Assembly (NCBI GenBank): GCA_964586145.1 | Contig: CAZPHH010000002.1 | Coordinates: 38,176 to 102,175 of the forward strand | Direction: 5' to 3' | Length of the DNA stretch: 64,000 nucleotides | Origin: an uncultured Phycisphaeraceae bacterium | GTDB taxonomy: Bacteria > Planctomycetota > Phycisphaerae > UBA1845 | In this document: positions 55,022-62,877 of the stretch, piece after piece | Layout of the letters: each line of letters begins with the position of its first letter | How positions within the stretch are numbered: the first letter of the stretch is position 1 | Translations under genes and position numbers: made by a program | Notes under the pieces: model-generated | Seen by the model: only the letters and a program-made list of their open reading frames with translations | What the model was told of the DNA's origin: nothing | Database searches by the model: none

Positions 55022-56566
55022 TCAGAACTCCTCCGTGATGCTTTTGCCCTGCATGAACAGGAGCAGATAATCACTGCCTCCGGCCTTGGAATCCGTGCCG
55101 GACATGTTGAAGCCGCCGAACGGCTGCACGCCGACCAAGGCACCCGTACACTTGCGGTTGAAGTACAGGTTGCCCACGTGGAACTCGTGCCGGGCCCGCT
55201 CCAGCCTTGATCGGTCGTTCGAGAACAGCCCGCCGGTCAGGCCGAACTGCGTTCCGTTGGCGATGTCCAGTGCGTCGTCAAAGTCGCGGGCTTTGATCAC
55301 CGCCAGCACCGGTCCGAAGATTTCTTCCTGGGCGATGCGGGCGTTTCGGTCCACGTCCGCAATGATGGTCGGCGGGATGAACCAGCCGGCCTCCGGCACG
55401 CGGCTGCCGGACAGCACTGCTCGACCCTCCTTCTTGCCGATCTCGATGTACCCATTGATGCTCTTGTAGGCGGCCTCGTCGATCACGCCGCCCATGAAGA
55501 GGTTTTCCTGGCTGGCCGTGTGCCCGATGGTCAGCATCCTCGCGCGGTCCACCACCTTCTCCAGGAGTGAATCGTAGATGTCGCGGTGGGCGATCAGACG
55601 CGAGCACGCGGAGCATTTCTGCCCCTGGAAGCCGAAGGCGGCGGCGACGACGGCGGCGGCGGCGGCGTCCAGGTCCGCGGTTTCATCCACGACCATGCAG
55701 TCCTTGCCGCCCATCTCGAGGATCGTGCGCTTCAGCCAGATCTGCCCCGGCTGCACCTTGGCGGCCTTCTCGAAGATGCTCTTGCCCACCTCCATGGACC
55801 CGGTGAACGCGATGTTGCGGGTGAGCGGGTGGCAGACCATGTGGTCGCCCACGGCCCGACCCGGGCCGGGCAGGTAGTTCAGCACGCCCGGCGGCAAGCC
55901 GGCCTCTTCGAGAATCTCCGCCAGCTTGGCCGCGATGACCGGGGCCGTGCTGGCCGGCTTGAGGACCACGGTGTTGCCCGTCACGATGGCTGCCGTCGTC
56001 ATGCCCGTGGTGATGGCCAGCGGGAAGTTCCACGGCGGAATGACCACGGTGACGCCGAGCGGGACGTAGCGCAGTTCATTTTCCTCGCCGGGATACGGCA
56101 CCACCGGCTGGCTGCCGCCCAGGCGCATCATCTCGCGGGCGTAGAACTCCATGAAGTCGACGGCTTCCGCCGCGTCCGCGTATGCCTCGATCCAGCTCTT
56201 GCTGACCTCGAAGCACATCCAGGCGGCGACCTCGTATATTCGGCGGCGCATAATGGCGGCGGCCTTCACCAGGATGCGGGCCCGCGTTTCCGGCTCCACC
56301 CGGCTCCACATTTTGAACGCCTCGGCGGCCGTCTGGACGGCCTGTTCGGCGTGTTCGGTCGTCCCCTTGCCCACATGCCCGATCACCTGTTGGTACGCGG
56401 CCGGGCAGACCGAGGTGATGCGATCTCGTGTGTCGATGGTCTGATCGCCGATCCGCAGGGGGTATGTTTGGCCGAGCTTTCTGGAAACCTCCGTGATGGC
56501 GTCAAGCATTCTCGAGCGGGGGCCGTCCTGAGAGAAATCGACATAAGGTTCGTTGTAGAATGGCAT
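55022..56566 (-). CDS. pruA: L-glutamate gamma-semialdehyde (1-pyrroline-5-carboxylate) dehydrogenase
   Basis: ORF 55022..56911 trimmed to MPFYNEPYVDF. Aldehyde dehydrogenase motifs PWNFPLAI, LEMGGKD and FGFQGQKCSACSR. The C-terminus matches the RocA/PruA type. Confidence 0.9.
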   Translation of the reverse strand: MPFYNEPYVDFSQDGPRSRMLDAITEVSRKLGQTYPLRIGDQTIDTRDRITSVCPAAYQQVIGHVGKGTTEHAEQAVQTAAEAFKMWSRVEPETRARILVKAAAIMRRRIYEVAAWMCFEVSKSWIEAYADAAEAVDFMEFYAREMMRLGGSQPVVPYPGEENELRYVPLGVTVVIPPWNFPLAITTGMTTAAIVTGNTVVLKPASTAPVIAAKLAEILEEAGLPPGVLNYLPGPGRAVGDHMVCHPLTRNIAFTGSMEVGKSIFEKAAKVQPGQIWLKRTILEMGGKDCMVVDETADLDAAAAAVVAAAFGFQGQKCSACSRLIAHRDIYDSLLEKVVDRARMLTIGHTASQENLFMGGVIDEAAYKSINGYIEIGKKEGRAVLSGSRVPEAGWFIPPTIIADVDRNARIAQEEIFGPVLAVIKARDFDDALDIANGTQFGLTGGLFSNDRSRLERARHEFHVGNLYFNRKCTGALVGVQPFGGFNMSGTDSKAGGSDYLLLFMQGKSITEEF

Positions 56567-56973
56567 TAGCACAGTGCTCACCTCCGACGTGGCCGTTCGG
56601 CCGGACCGCGTTTTCGTCCTGGTCGGCGGGAGCGAACGTGGAAGCGGCATCCCGGCGACCCTCGCGATGGATTTTGTACCATGAGACTGCATACAGTTCC
56701 AGCCGTGCCGACAGGTTGGCCATCTCTGGATTGGCGGAGGCCGTCGCGGGATGCCCGGAAGTCCGCGGCTTGCCCGTTGCGGCGCGGGGGGGACGCGGGT
56801 GGGGTTGTCTGACGCGTGGCTGCGGATCACCTTTGTGAAGCCTACCCAGGCGCGGAGGGCCGGCACCCCTGCGTGCTTCTTTAGCTGCCGGCGTGAGGCG
56901 ACCCTGTCCACGCCCGGTCTGCCCAGTTGACAACCCGAGCCGGTGTCGGTTGAATGCCCCTGTAGAGTGATCG

Positions 56974-57047
56974 GGGCGATTGGCGCAGTTGGCTAGCGCG
57001 CCTGCTCGACATGCAGGAGGTCACAGGTTCAAGTCCTGTATCGCCCA
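56974..57047 (+). tRNA. tRNA-Val (anticodon GAC), no encoded CCA
   Basis: Hand-folded cloverleaf: acceptor gggcgat/atcgccc, D arm gcgc-agttggcta-gcgc, anticodon arm cctgc-tcgacat-gcagg, variable loop aggtc, T arm acagg-ttcaagt-cctgt, discriminator A. U8, A14, G18G19, T54T55C56 and A58 are all present. Confidence 0.85.
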
Positions 57048-57241
57048 GTAGCGCAATTCCATAAACAGCAGATGGTTACAAGAACGGCTGGCGGAAGCCT
57101 CCGGGGCCAAAGCCGGCGGACCGGGTGGAGACGGTCCACTGCCTTCCCTTGCGCTCGCCCACTCGCCGGAGTGTCGAGTGGCCGGGACCGTCTGTGCAAA
57201 GCACTTCCCGAGCTCGTGACGCACGGCCGCCGAAGTCGCGA

Positions 57242-57592
57242 GGCATCAATTTGGGACCGCGTCTTCTGCCACTCCCACACCACCCCGTACCAACCGCTGG
57301 ACAGCGGGTAGATCTGGTGGAAGCGGATGCGCGAGCGGTATGAATCGTTCGCATCCGTAACTATCGGCCACCATTTCTCCCGCGATGGCGCCCCTTCCGG
57401 TCGGTACAAGTACCCGACCTCGCGGTCTCTCGTGCTCACCGTGGGGAACAAAGGCCCCGCGTCTGTCGTGAATCGGCTCATGTACATGACGTTCCCCACG
57501 CGGATCGGCCCGACATACGGTAGCCCGTTGGGTTCGGGGGGTACGAATTGGTTGTGTTGGCGCCTGAACGACCAGACGAAGGGCCAGTTCGT
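57242..57592 (-). pseudogene. In-frame continuation of the membrane-protein ORF after a TAA stop (putative gene remnant; the 3' limit is approximate)
   Basis: Same frame as 57593..57991. It reads TNWPFVWSFRRQHNQFVPPEPNGLPYVGPIR..YLYRPEGAPSREKWWPIVTDANDSYRSRIRFHQIYPLSSGWYGVVWEWQK with protein-like composition. It then degenerates into Arg-rich sequence and runs into the tRNA without a stop. Confidence 0.25.
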
Positions 57593-57943
57593 TTACTGGA
57601 CAGCAGTCAGCGGCAGGATGAGCAGGGCCAGCAACGCCGCGATGATCGTGAACGGCTGCCGCATCCACCGGCGTGTTCCGCAGCGGCGCAGGCGCATCCA
57701 TAGGCGGCACGCCACCACCACAAAGTAGAAGACCACGTGGCAGGTCAGGAAGACGATAAGCACTTGCTGCCCCCTGGCCAGACCTGTCCATGTTGGCGCT
57801 TCACTTCGCCAGAGTATGCCCAGCATCACATTCAGCAGCGCCGCCACGCCGGACAACCCAAGTGAGAGGTCCGTCCTCCAGGCACAGGGGCCGCCACCGT
57901 CCACTTGTCCGGCATCCTCTTGTTTGGCATCTGTGTCAGCCAT
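57593..57943 (-). CDS. Hypothetical 3-TM membrane protein (possibly the 5' part of a disrupted gene)
   Basis: ORF 57593..57991; ATG at 57943 (MADTDAKQ...). Three hydrophobic segments. It ends at TAA (rc of 57593-57595), and the same frame stays open beyond the stop. Confidence 0.4.
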   Translation of the reverse strand: MADTDAKQEDAGQVDGGGPCAWRTDLSLGLSGVAALLNVMLGILWRSEAPTWTGLARGQQVLIVFLTCHVVFYFVVVACRLWMRLRRCGTRRWMRQPFTIIAALLALLILPLTAVQ

Positions 57944-58784
57944 CTGTGAAGCCAACCCATAAACGAACGGTGCGTCCAGGCACAGCACCAACCTGCAGGA
58001 ATCGCGTCCATGAACTCATGGTACGGCCGGCCCCCAGGCGGACCGCGATTGTCGCCGACTCGCGGCCTTCAAGACAGATGCGCTTCCCATACCCACCCCG
58101 GATATCATTGCCACCACCCGACTACCTACATACAGAAACGCAGAAGAGGTCGGCTTCTTTCGAGCATCTGCAAATTGGCCGGACACTGGAAAGATCGGAG
58201 CACACCACACCTGACCCTCGGCCCGCGTGAGCAGGTCGGGGGACAGACCGGGACGTCACCGCCGTACTGCCGGCAGCACCGGGCCCTGATTTCCAGATCG
58301 GCGGCGCGAGCTTCGTTGCGGAGGAATGTTTCCGGCCGAAGGTTTGTCCACTGGACGGCCGGATGGGGATGCTCAGGCGCAGCCGCTCGCGCGGTCGAAA
58401 GCATCGGCGCCGCGTGCAGAGACATTCCGCTTCACGCGGAGAAGATGCCTGGTGTCCCCCGGTTCCCCCGGATCCCCCAAGGCCCGCGCTTCGCCTTACG
58501 CCTGCGGGAACAGCTCCGGGCATAGACAGACTTTGGTTCGGCTGTCCGGTTCTACTCGCCTGCTGGCCGTGGCTCGCCCACCGCCTACACATCGCTCCCG
58601 GGCCGGCATTGACAGCAACCGTTAACAACCGTGCAATAACGGGCTGCCAACTTGCGATCCTTCCGTGTTCCCGTGGGTAGACCTGTCGAATCCTCCGTCA
58701 TCACACGGGATGGCTCGCCAGCGCGGCGGGCGAACGCCGCTGACGAGATGAAGTACTGCTGCAATGGAATAATGGCAGTGTGGA

Positions 58785-58813
58785 TTGATATTCAAGACAT
58801 CTTCCTGTATGCT
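58785..58813 (+). promoter_or_regulatory. Sigma-70-like promoter candidate ~300 nt upstream of the second PEP-CTERM gene
   Basis: -35 TTGATA (58785-58790), 17-nt spacer, -10 TATGCT (58808-58813). It sits in a locally AT-rich stretch; I counted 24 G+C in the 60 nt at 58741-58800. Confidence 0.3.
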
Positions 58814-59118
58814 CCCCGGGCGACGCAACATCTCGCGGAGACGTTGCTGTTCATTTTACCTGGCTCTCTCTTGTGTTGACGCTATCGAGAAACTCCCGAA
58901 TGGCCGGTGTTTGCCGGCCGAAATTGGCGCGCCTTGTTTGGGTTTGCATCCCGCCTCGGTTCACCGGAAGGCAACGGATGCTCCAGGATGCGAGGCCCGA
59001 GCGGTAGCGGCGTATATCGAGCGTCTTCAATTCGTGGCGATGCAAAGGGTGGGTCCCGGCAATCCGGCGTTCGGGACGCCACATGAGGAAGGAGTCTGTT
59101 CCAGGAAGGAGGAATCCC

Positions 59119-59787
59119 ATGAGAAGAGAATTCGTGCTGGTGTTGGCCGCGGCGTTGTTCACGCCGGTGTCGGTCGAGGGTAGCTGGACGAACCCGCCCC
59201 CTTTCAATCCCGAACAGGAGGGCGGTCGGGTGCTGGAATGGGACTTCTACAGTCCGGACAACTGGCGCAATCCGGCCACGTTGTACGGACCTGAATGGGA
59301 TGGCCCCGGTTGGGAATGCGATGAGGTCATCGTGGACGGAGACTTGCAGCACTTCTTCGAGGATCCGACGGGGTCCGGGCGTTCGGGTCTGCTCGGCATT
59401 GACAACCGAGAGGGAGATGGCACAACGAAGACCGGGTCAATCAGGTTTCACATCAACAACTTCGACAACGAGAACCCCTGGAAGTACTTCTGGGACGAGG
59501 CGGAGTATTACGGCACCTTTATGTTCGGAGTGAGCTGGCCGACTGACTGCGACGGAGACTGGGAGTTCAAGAACGTCCAGGATCTGGGGGACGGCTGGAC
59601 GCGAGACAACGCCGACGGCTGGATTCAACCCAACCCTGAATGGGAGGAGTTCGTGTGGAATTTCAGCGTGGAGGACGGCGACATGATGTTCCTCGACAAC
59701 TTCCGCGTGGCAACGCTCTGCATTCCCGAGCCGGGTACGCTGGTCATGTTTGGCCTGTGTGCCCTCGCGGTGATCCGGCGCCGTTAG
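59119..59787 (+). CDS. Small acidic Trp-rich PEP-CTERM protein
   Basis: ORF 59083..59787 trimmed to ATG 59119 (AGGAAGGAGGA SD). Signal peptide MRREFVLVLAAALFTPVSVEG. C-terminus IPEPGTLVMFGLCALAVIRRR. I counted 13 Trp in the mature part. Confidence 0.8.
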   Translation: MRREFVLVLAAALFTPVSVEGSWTNPPPFNPEQEGGRVLEWDFYSPDNWRNPATLYGPEWDGPGWECDEVIVDGDLQHFFEDPTGSGRSGLLGIDNREGDGTTKTGSIRFHINNFDNENPWKYFWDEAEYYGTFMFGVSWPTDCDGDWEFKNVQDLGDGWTRDNADGWIQPNPEWEEFVWNFSVEDGDMMFLDNFRVATLCIPEPGTLVMFGLCALAVIRRR

Positions 59788-60206
59788 CGGCCCGTTGGGG
59801 GATTGCGCAGGCGGGTTTCAGGGAAGCACGCCTGCGTGTCAATGCCGACTGGAGGTCGGCGCGACATGTCCCTCAATAGCCTGTTTGTCGCGCGGAGCGA
59901 ATGAGCGAGTGGTAATCCTCTGAGAGCACGACACCGAAGGCCCATCCGCTTCAGGAACGGATGGGCCATCGGTTCACGCGGCGCAGCAGGCCGTCGAAGA
60001 ACCTGAGACACCGGTTTCAGCAGCCCGGGCCATGTGACCCAAGAATCGGCACTACCGGACAACCCGGGCGACGGATGCCGACTTCCCGACCGAAACGCCT
60101 GAGCTACGCCACATCGAGTATTCGACCGCGCCGCATGATCGCTCGCTTCCCGCGCCGATCAGCAGCGTTTCTCACGCCGGCCGCGAGGGGGTCGTGGGTT
60201 CCCGCG

Positions 60207-60722
60207 CTACATCGCCGCCGTAACGGCCGCCAGGGCGGCGTCGTAATTCGGCTCGTGCGTGACTTCGGGCACGTACTCGGCGTGGACCACCTTATTCTTG
60301 CGGTCGAGCACGAAGACGGCCCTTGCCAGCAGGCCCAGCTCCTTGATCAGCACACCGTAGGCCGGGCCGAACGAGCGGTGCTTGTAGTCGCTGGCCGTGA
60401 TGACGCGTTCGATCCCCTCCGCGCCGCAGAAGCGTTTCTGGGCAAACGGCAGGTCCATGCTGATGGTCAGCACGATAGTATCTTCGGAGAGCTGGGTGGC
60501 CTTCTGGTTGAAGGTTCGCGTCTGCACGGCGCAGAGGGGCGTATCCAGGCTCGGGACCACGCTGAGCACGCGGACCTTGCCGTGGTACGTGTCGCACCGC
60601 AGGTCTGACAGGTCGTTGGCCGTCAGCGTGAAGTGTGGGGCCTCACTGCCTGCCTTGATCGCGGGGCCGATGAGGGTCAGAGGGTTGCCCTGAAACGTGA
60701 TGACACCGGTTCTCTCGGTCAT
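60207..60722 (-). CDS. tpx: Thiol peroxidase (atypical 2-Cys peroxiredoxin Tpx)
   Basis: ORF 60207..61415 trimmed to MTERTG (rc of 60720-60722). SVVPSLDTPLCAVQTRTFN (peroxidatic Cys) and QKRFCGAEG (resolving Cys). Confidence 0.9.
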   Translation of the reverse strand: MTERTGVITFQGNPLTLIGPAIKAGSEAPHFTLTANDLSDLRCDTYHGKVRVLSVVPSLDTPLCAVQTRTFNQKATQLSEDTIVLTISMDLPFAQKRFCGAEGIERVITASDYKHRSFGPAYGVLIKELGLLARAVFVLDRKNKVVHAEYVPEVTHEPNYDAALAAVTAAM

Positions 60723-60874
60723 GGCTGTTCTCCGTTGTTGACTGGCAAACGTGCCGACGAATCGCACGATCCGCGCCGCCCATCCCAGCCGCCGCATATT
60801 GTAGCCGCCCGGACCGGGCATGGGCAGCCCGTTCCTCCCCCGCGCGGTCCGTTCACGGCGCTGCGGGCTGCCGG

Positions 60875-61180
60875 CTACTCCTGGGCTAGTTCGTACAGTC
60901 CCTGGCCGACGTATTTGAGACGACCGCGGCGGACCAGCTCGTCCCAGACGGCCTTGGGGTATTGCTGGGGCGGGACAATGGAGATGATGTCGGAGCGGCG
61001 ACCGCTGCTCATAGGGCCGTGGCCGAGGGTTGATTCCGCATCCAGCCGCGTCAGCTTGAGTCTCTTCTTGAACGCTTTCATCGCCTTGCGCAGCTCTTCC
61101 GACGACGGTCCGTCGGCCGGGGCCCCACCGTCCTGCGAAGGCGTGGGCGGGTCTCCAGACTGTGGGGGATCGGGGATCAA
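60875..61180 (-). CDS. Small hypothetical protein (~101 aa)
   Basis: C-terminal part of ORF 60875..61663. The TTG at 61180 lies 6 nt after a perfect AGGAGG (rc of 61187-61192). ATG 61258 is the alternative start. Protein-like C-terminus EELRKAMKAFKKRLKLTRLDAE...VWDELVRRGRLKYVGQGLYELAQE; no family recognised. Confidence 0.5.
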   Translation of the reverse strand: MIPDPPQSGDPPTPSQDGGAPADGPSSEELRKAMKAFKKRLKLTRLDAESTLGHGPMSSGRRSDIISIVPPQQYPKAVWDELVRRGRLKYVGQGLYELAQE

Positions 61181-61531
61181 CACGCACCTCCTGACGCTCT
61201 TCGCTTCTCCCGAACGAGCATCGGCCGCCTCGTTCGGCCCTGGGCAGATTGCCATCATAGCGAACCTGACGCGACCCGGTAGGCGGCGTCGGGGGCCGGT
61301 TTTGGCCGGGGAGCGGTCCCGCATCCTGTAACGCTCTGTTGTGGAATGGGTTATGTGTGCGCCTCGCGATGGGGCTGCGACAACCCCTGCGGGCCTCGCG
61401 TTCGAGTTTCTCCACGCGATCGGCTTGAGGGGCGGCCTGAGGCGCAATAGACTTCTTTCACCCAAGGCACCGCCGCGGTCGGGCCCGCGGCGGGCGCAGA
61501 CCCAAGGTGCTCGACAACGAGAGGACGAACG

Positions 61532-62842
61532 ATGCGGGAGGAAATATCCCAGGGGCTCGGAACGCGCTGTTTGCACGCTGGGCAGGAGGCTGACCCGGTC
61601 ACCCACGCGCGGGCGGTGCCGATCTACGCGACGACGAGCTACCTGTTCGACGACACGGACCATGCGGCTAACCTGTTCGCCCTCAAAGAGTTCGGGAACA
61701 TCTACAGCCGAATTATGAACCCCACAAACGACGTGCTGGAAAAGCGTCTGGCCGCTTTGGACGGCGGGGTCGGGGGCTTAGCCGTCGCCAGCGGGCAGTC
61801 GGCTGTCACCATCGCCATCCTGAACATCTGCCGGGCGGGTCAGAACTTTGTGTCGGCCACCAGCCTCTACGGCGGCACCTGGACGCTGTTCACTCAGACC
61901 TTCGCCAAGATGGGGATCGATGTGCGGTTCTTTGCCCCGGACCGGCCGGAGGACATCCGCAAGCGGGTGGATGGCAACACGCGGTGCGTGTATTTCGAGT
62001 CGCTGGGCAACCCCAAGAACGACGTGCCGGATTTCGCGGGTATCGCGGAAGTGGCGCACGACTGCGGATTGCCGGTGATCTGTGACAACACGGTGATGAC
62101 GCCGGTGCTGTTGCGGCCGTTCGAGCACGGCGTGGACATCAACGTGTACAGTTGCACGAAGTTCATCGGCGGGCACGGCCTGCACGTGGGCGGGTGCATC
62201 GTGGATTCGGGCCGGTTTGACTGGACGGTGCAGCCGGGAAAGTGGCCGGAGTTCACGGAGCCGGACCCGTCGTACCACGGGCTGGTGTTTGCCGAGGCGC
62301 TGAAGCCCCTCGGGAACATCGCCTACATCACGAAGTGCCGGACGCACGGCCTGCGGGACGTGGGGGCCTGCATGAGTCCGTTTGCGGCGTTTCTGTTTCT
62401 GCAGGGGCTGGAGACGCTCCACCTGCGTATGCCTCGCCATTGCGAGAACGCGCAGCGGGTGGCAGAGCACCTGCAGCGCCACCGCGCGGTGGAGTGGGTG
62501 AACTACCCGGGGTTGCCGGAGCATCCTCATCACGCCAACGCGAAGCAGTACCTGCCGAACGGATGCGGGGCCATTCTCGGGTTCGGCATTCGCGGCGGCG
62601 CGGCGGCCGGCAAGCGGTTCATCAACGCGGCAAAGCTCATGTCGCACCTGGCGAACATCGGTGATGCCAAGACGCTGTGCATCCACCCGGCCAGCACGAC
62701 GCACTCCCAGCTCACCGAGGCGGAGCAGCAGAAGACGGGCGTGGTGCCGGAGTACATTCGGCTGTCGATCGGCCTGGAAGACATCGAAGACATCCTCGCG
62801 GACATCGACCAGGCGCTGGCGGCGTCGCGGGCATGCATTTGA
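61532..62842 (+). CDS. metY: O-acetylhomoserine aminocarboxypropyltransferase (sulfhydrylase)
   Basis: 436 aa. [22 protein letters not shown]..., the PLP-lysine context [11 protein letters not shown], and C-terminus [10 protein letters not shown]...[13 protein letters not shown]. Confidence 0.9.
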   Translation: MREEISQGLGTRCLHAGQEADPVTHARAVPIYATTSYLFDDTDHAANLFALKEFGNIYSRIMNPTNDVLEKRLAALDGGVGGLAVASGQSAVTIAILNICRAGQNFVSATSLYGGTWTLFTQTFAKMGIDVRFFAPDRPEDIRKRVDGNTRCVYFESLGNPKNDVPDFAGIAEVAHDCGLPVICDNTVMTPVLLRPFEHGVDINVYSCTKFIGGHGLHVGGCIVDSGRFDWTVQPGKWPEFTEPDPSYHGLVFAEALKPLGNIAYITKCRTHGLRDVGACMSPFAAFLFLQGLETLHLRMPRHCENAQRVAEHLQRHRAVEWVNYPGLPEHPHHANAKQYLPNGCGAILGFGIRGGAAAGKRFINAAKLMSHLANIGDAKTLCIHPASTTHSQLTEAEQQKTGVVPEYIRLSIGLEDIEDILADIDQALAASRACI

Positions 62843-62877
62843 CATTCCTGGGGTCGGCGCGGGATATAATCGCCGCC

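Noticed and set aside
60186-60206. tRNA-like T-arm string gggggtcgtgggttcccgcg, just downstream of the tpx stop codon.
   Set aside because: No complementary T-stem (gtggg has no cccac partner), no acceptor or anticodon arms nearby, and it abuts the tpx stop codon.
57048-60206. Integrase gene and att direct repeat that would define a genomic island at tRNA-Val.
   Set aside because: No tyrosine or serine recombinase motifs appear in any frame. I found no second copy of the tRNA 3' end (ggttcaagtcctgtatcgccca) by eye. The island idea is kept only as a hypothesis of a decayed remnant.
61400-61531. A SAM-I, SAM-II or SAM-SAH riboswitch upstream of metY.
   Set aside because: Fragments such as gaggggcggcc..gcgcaa and ggcttg resemble pieces of the SAM-I and SAM-II cores. 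The full conserved cores (AUCAAGAG..GAGGGA..GGCCC..GCAACC, or GGCUUG...AAAGCU) are absent. It is reported only as an unclassified structured leader.
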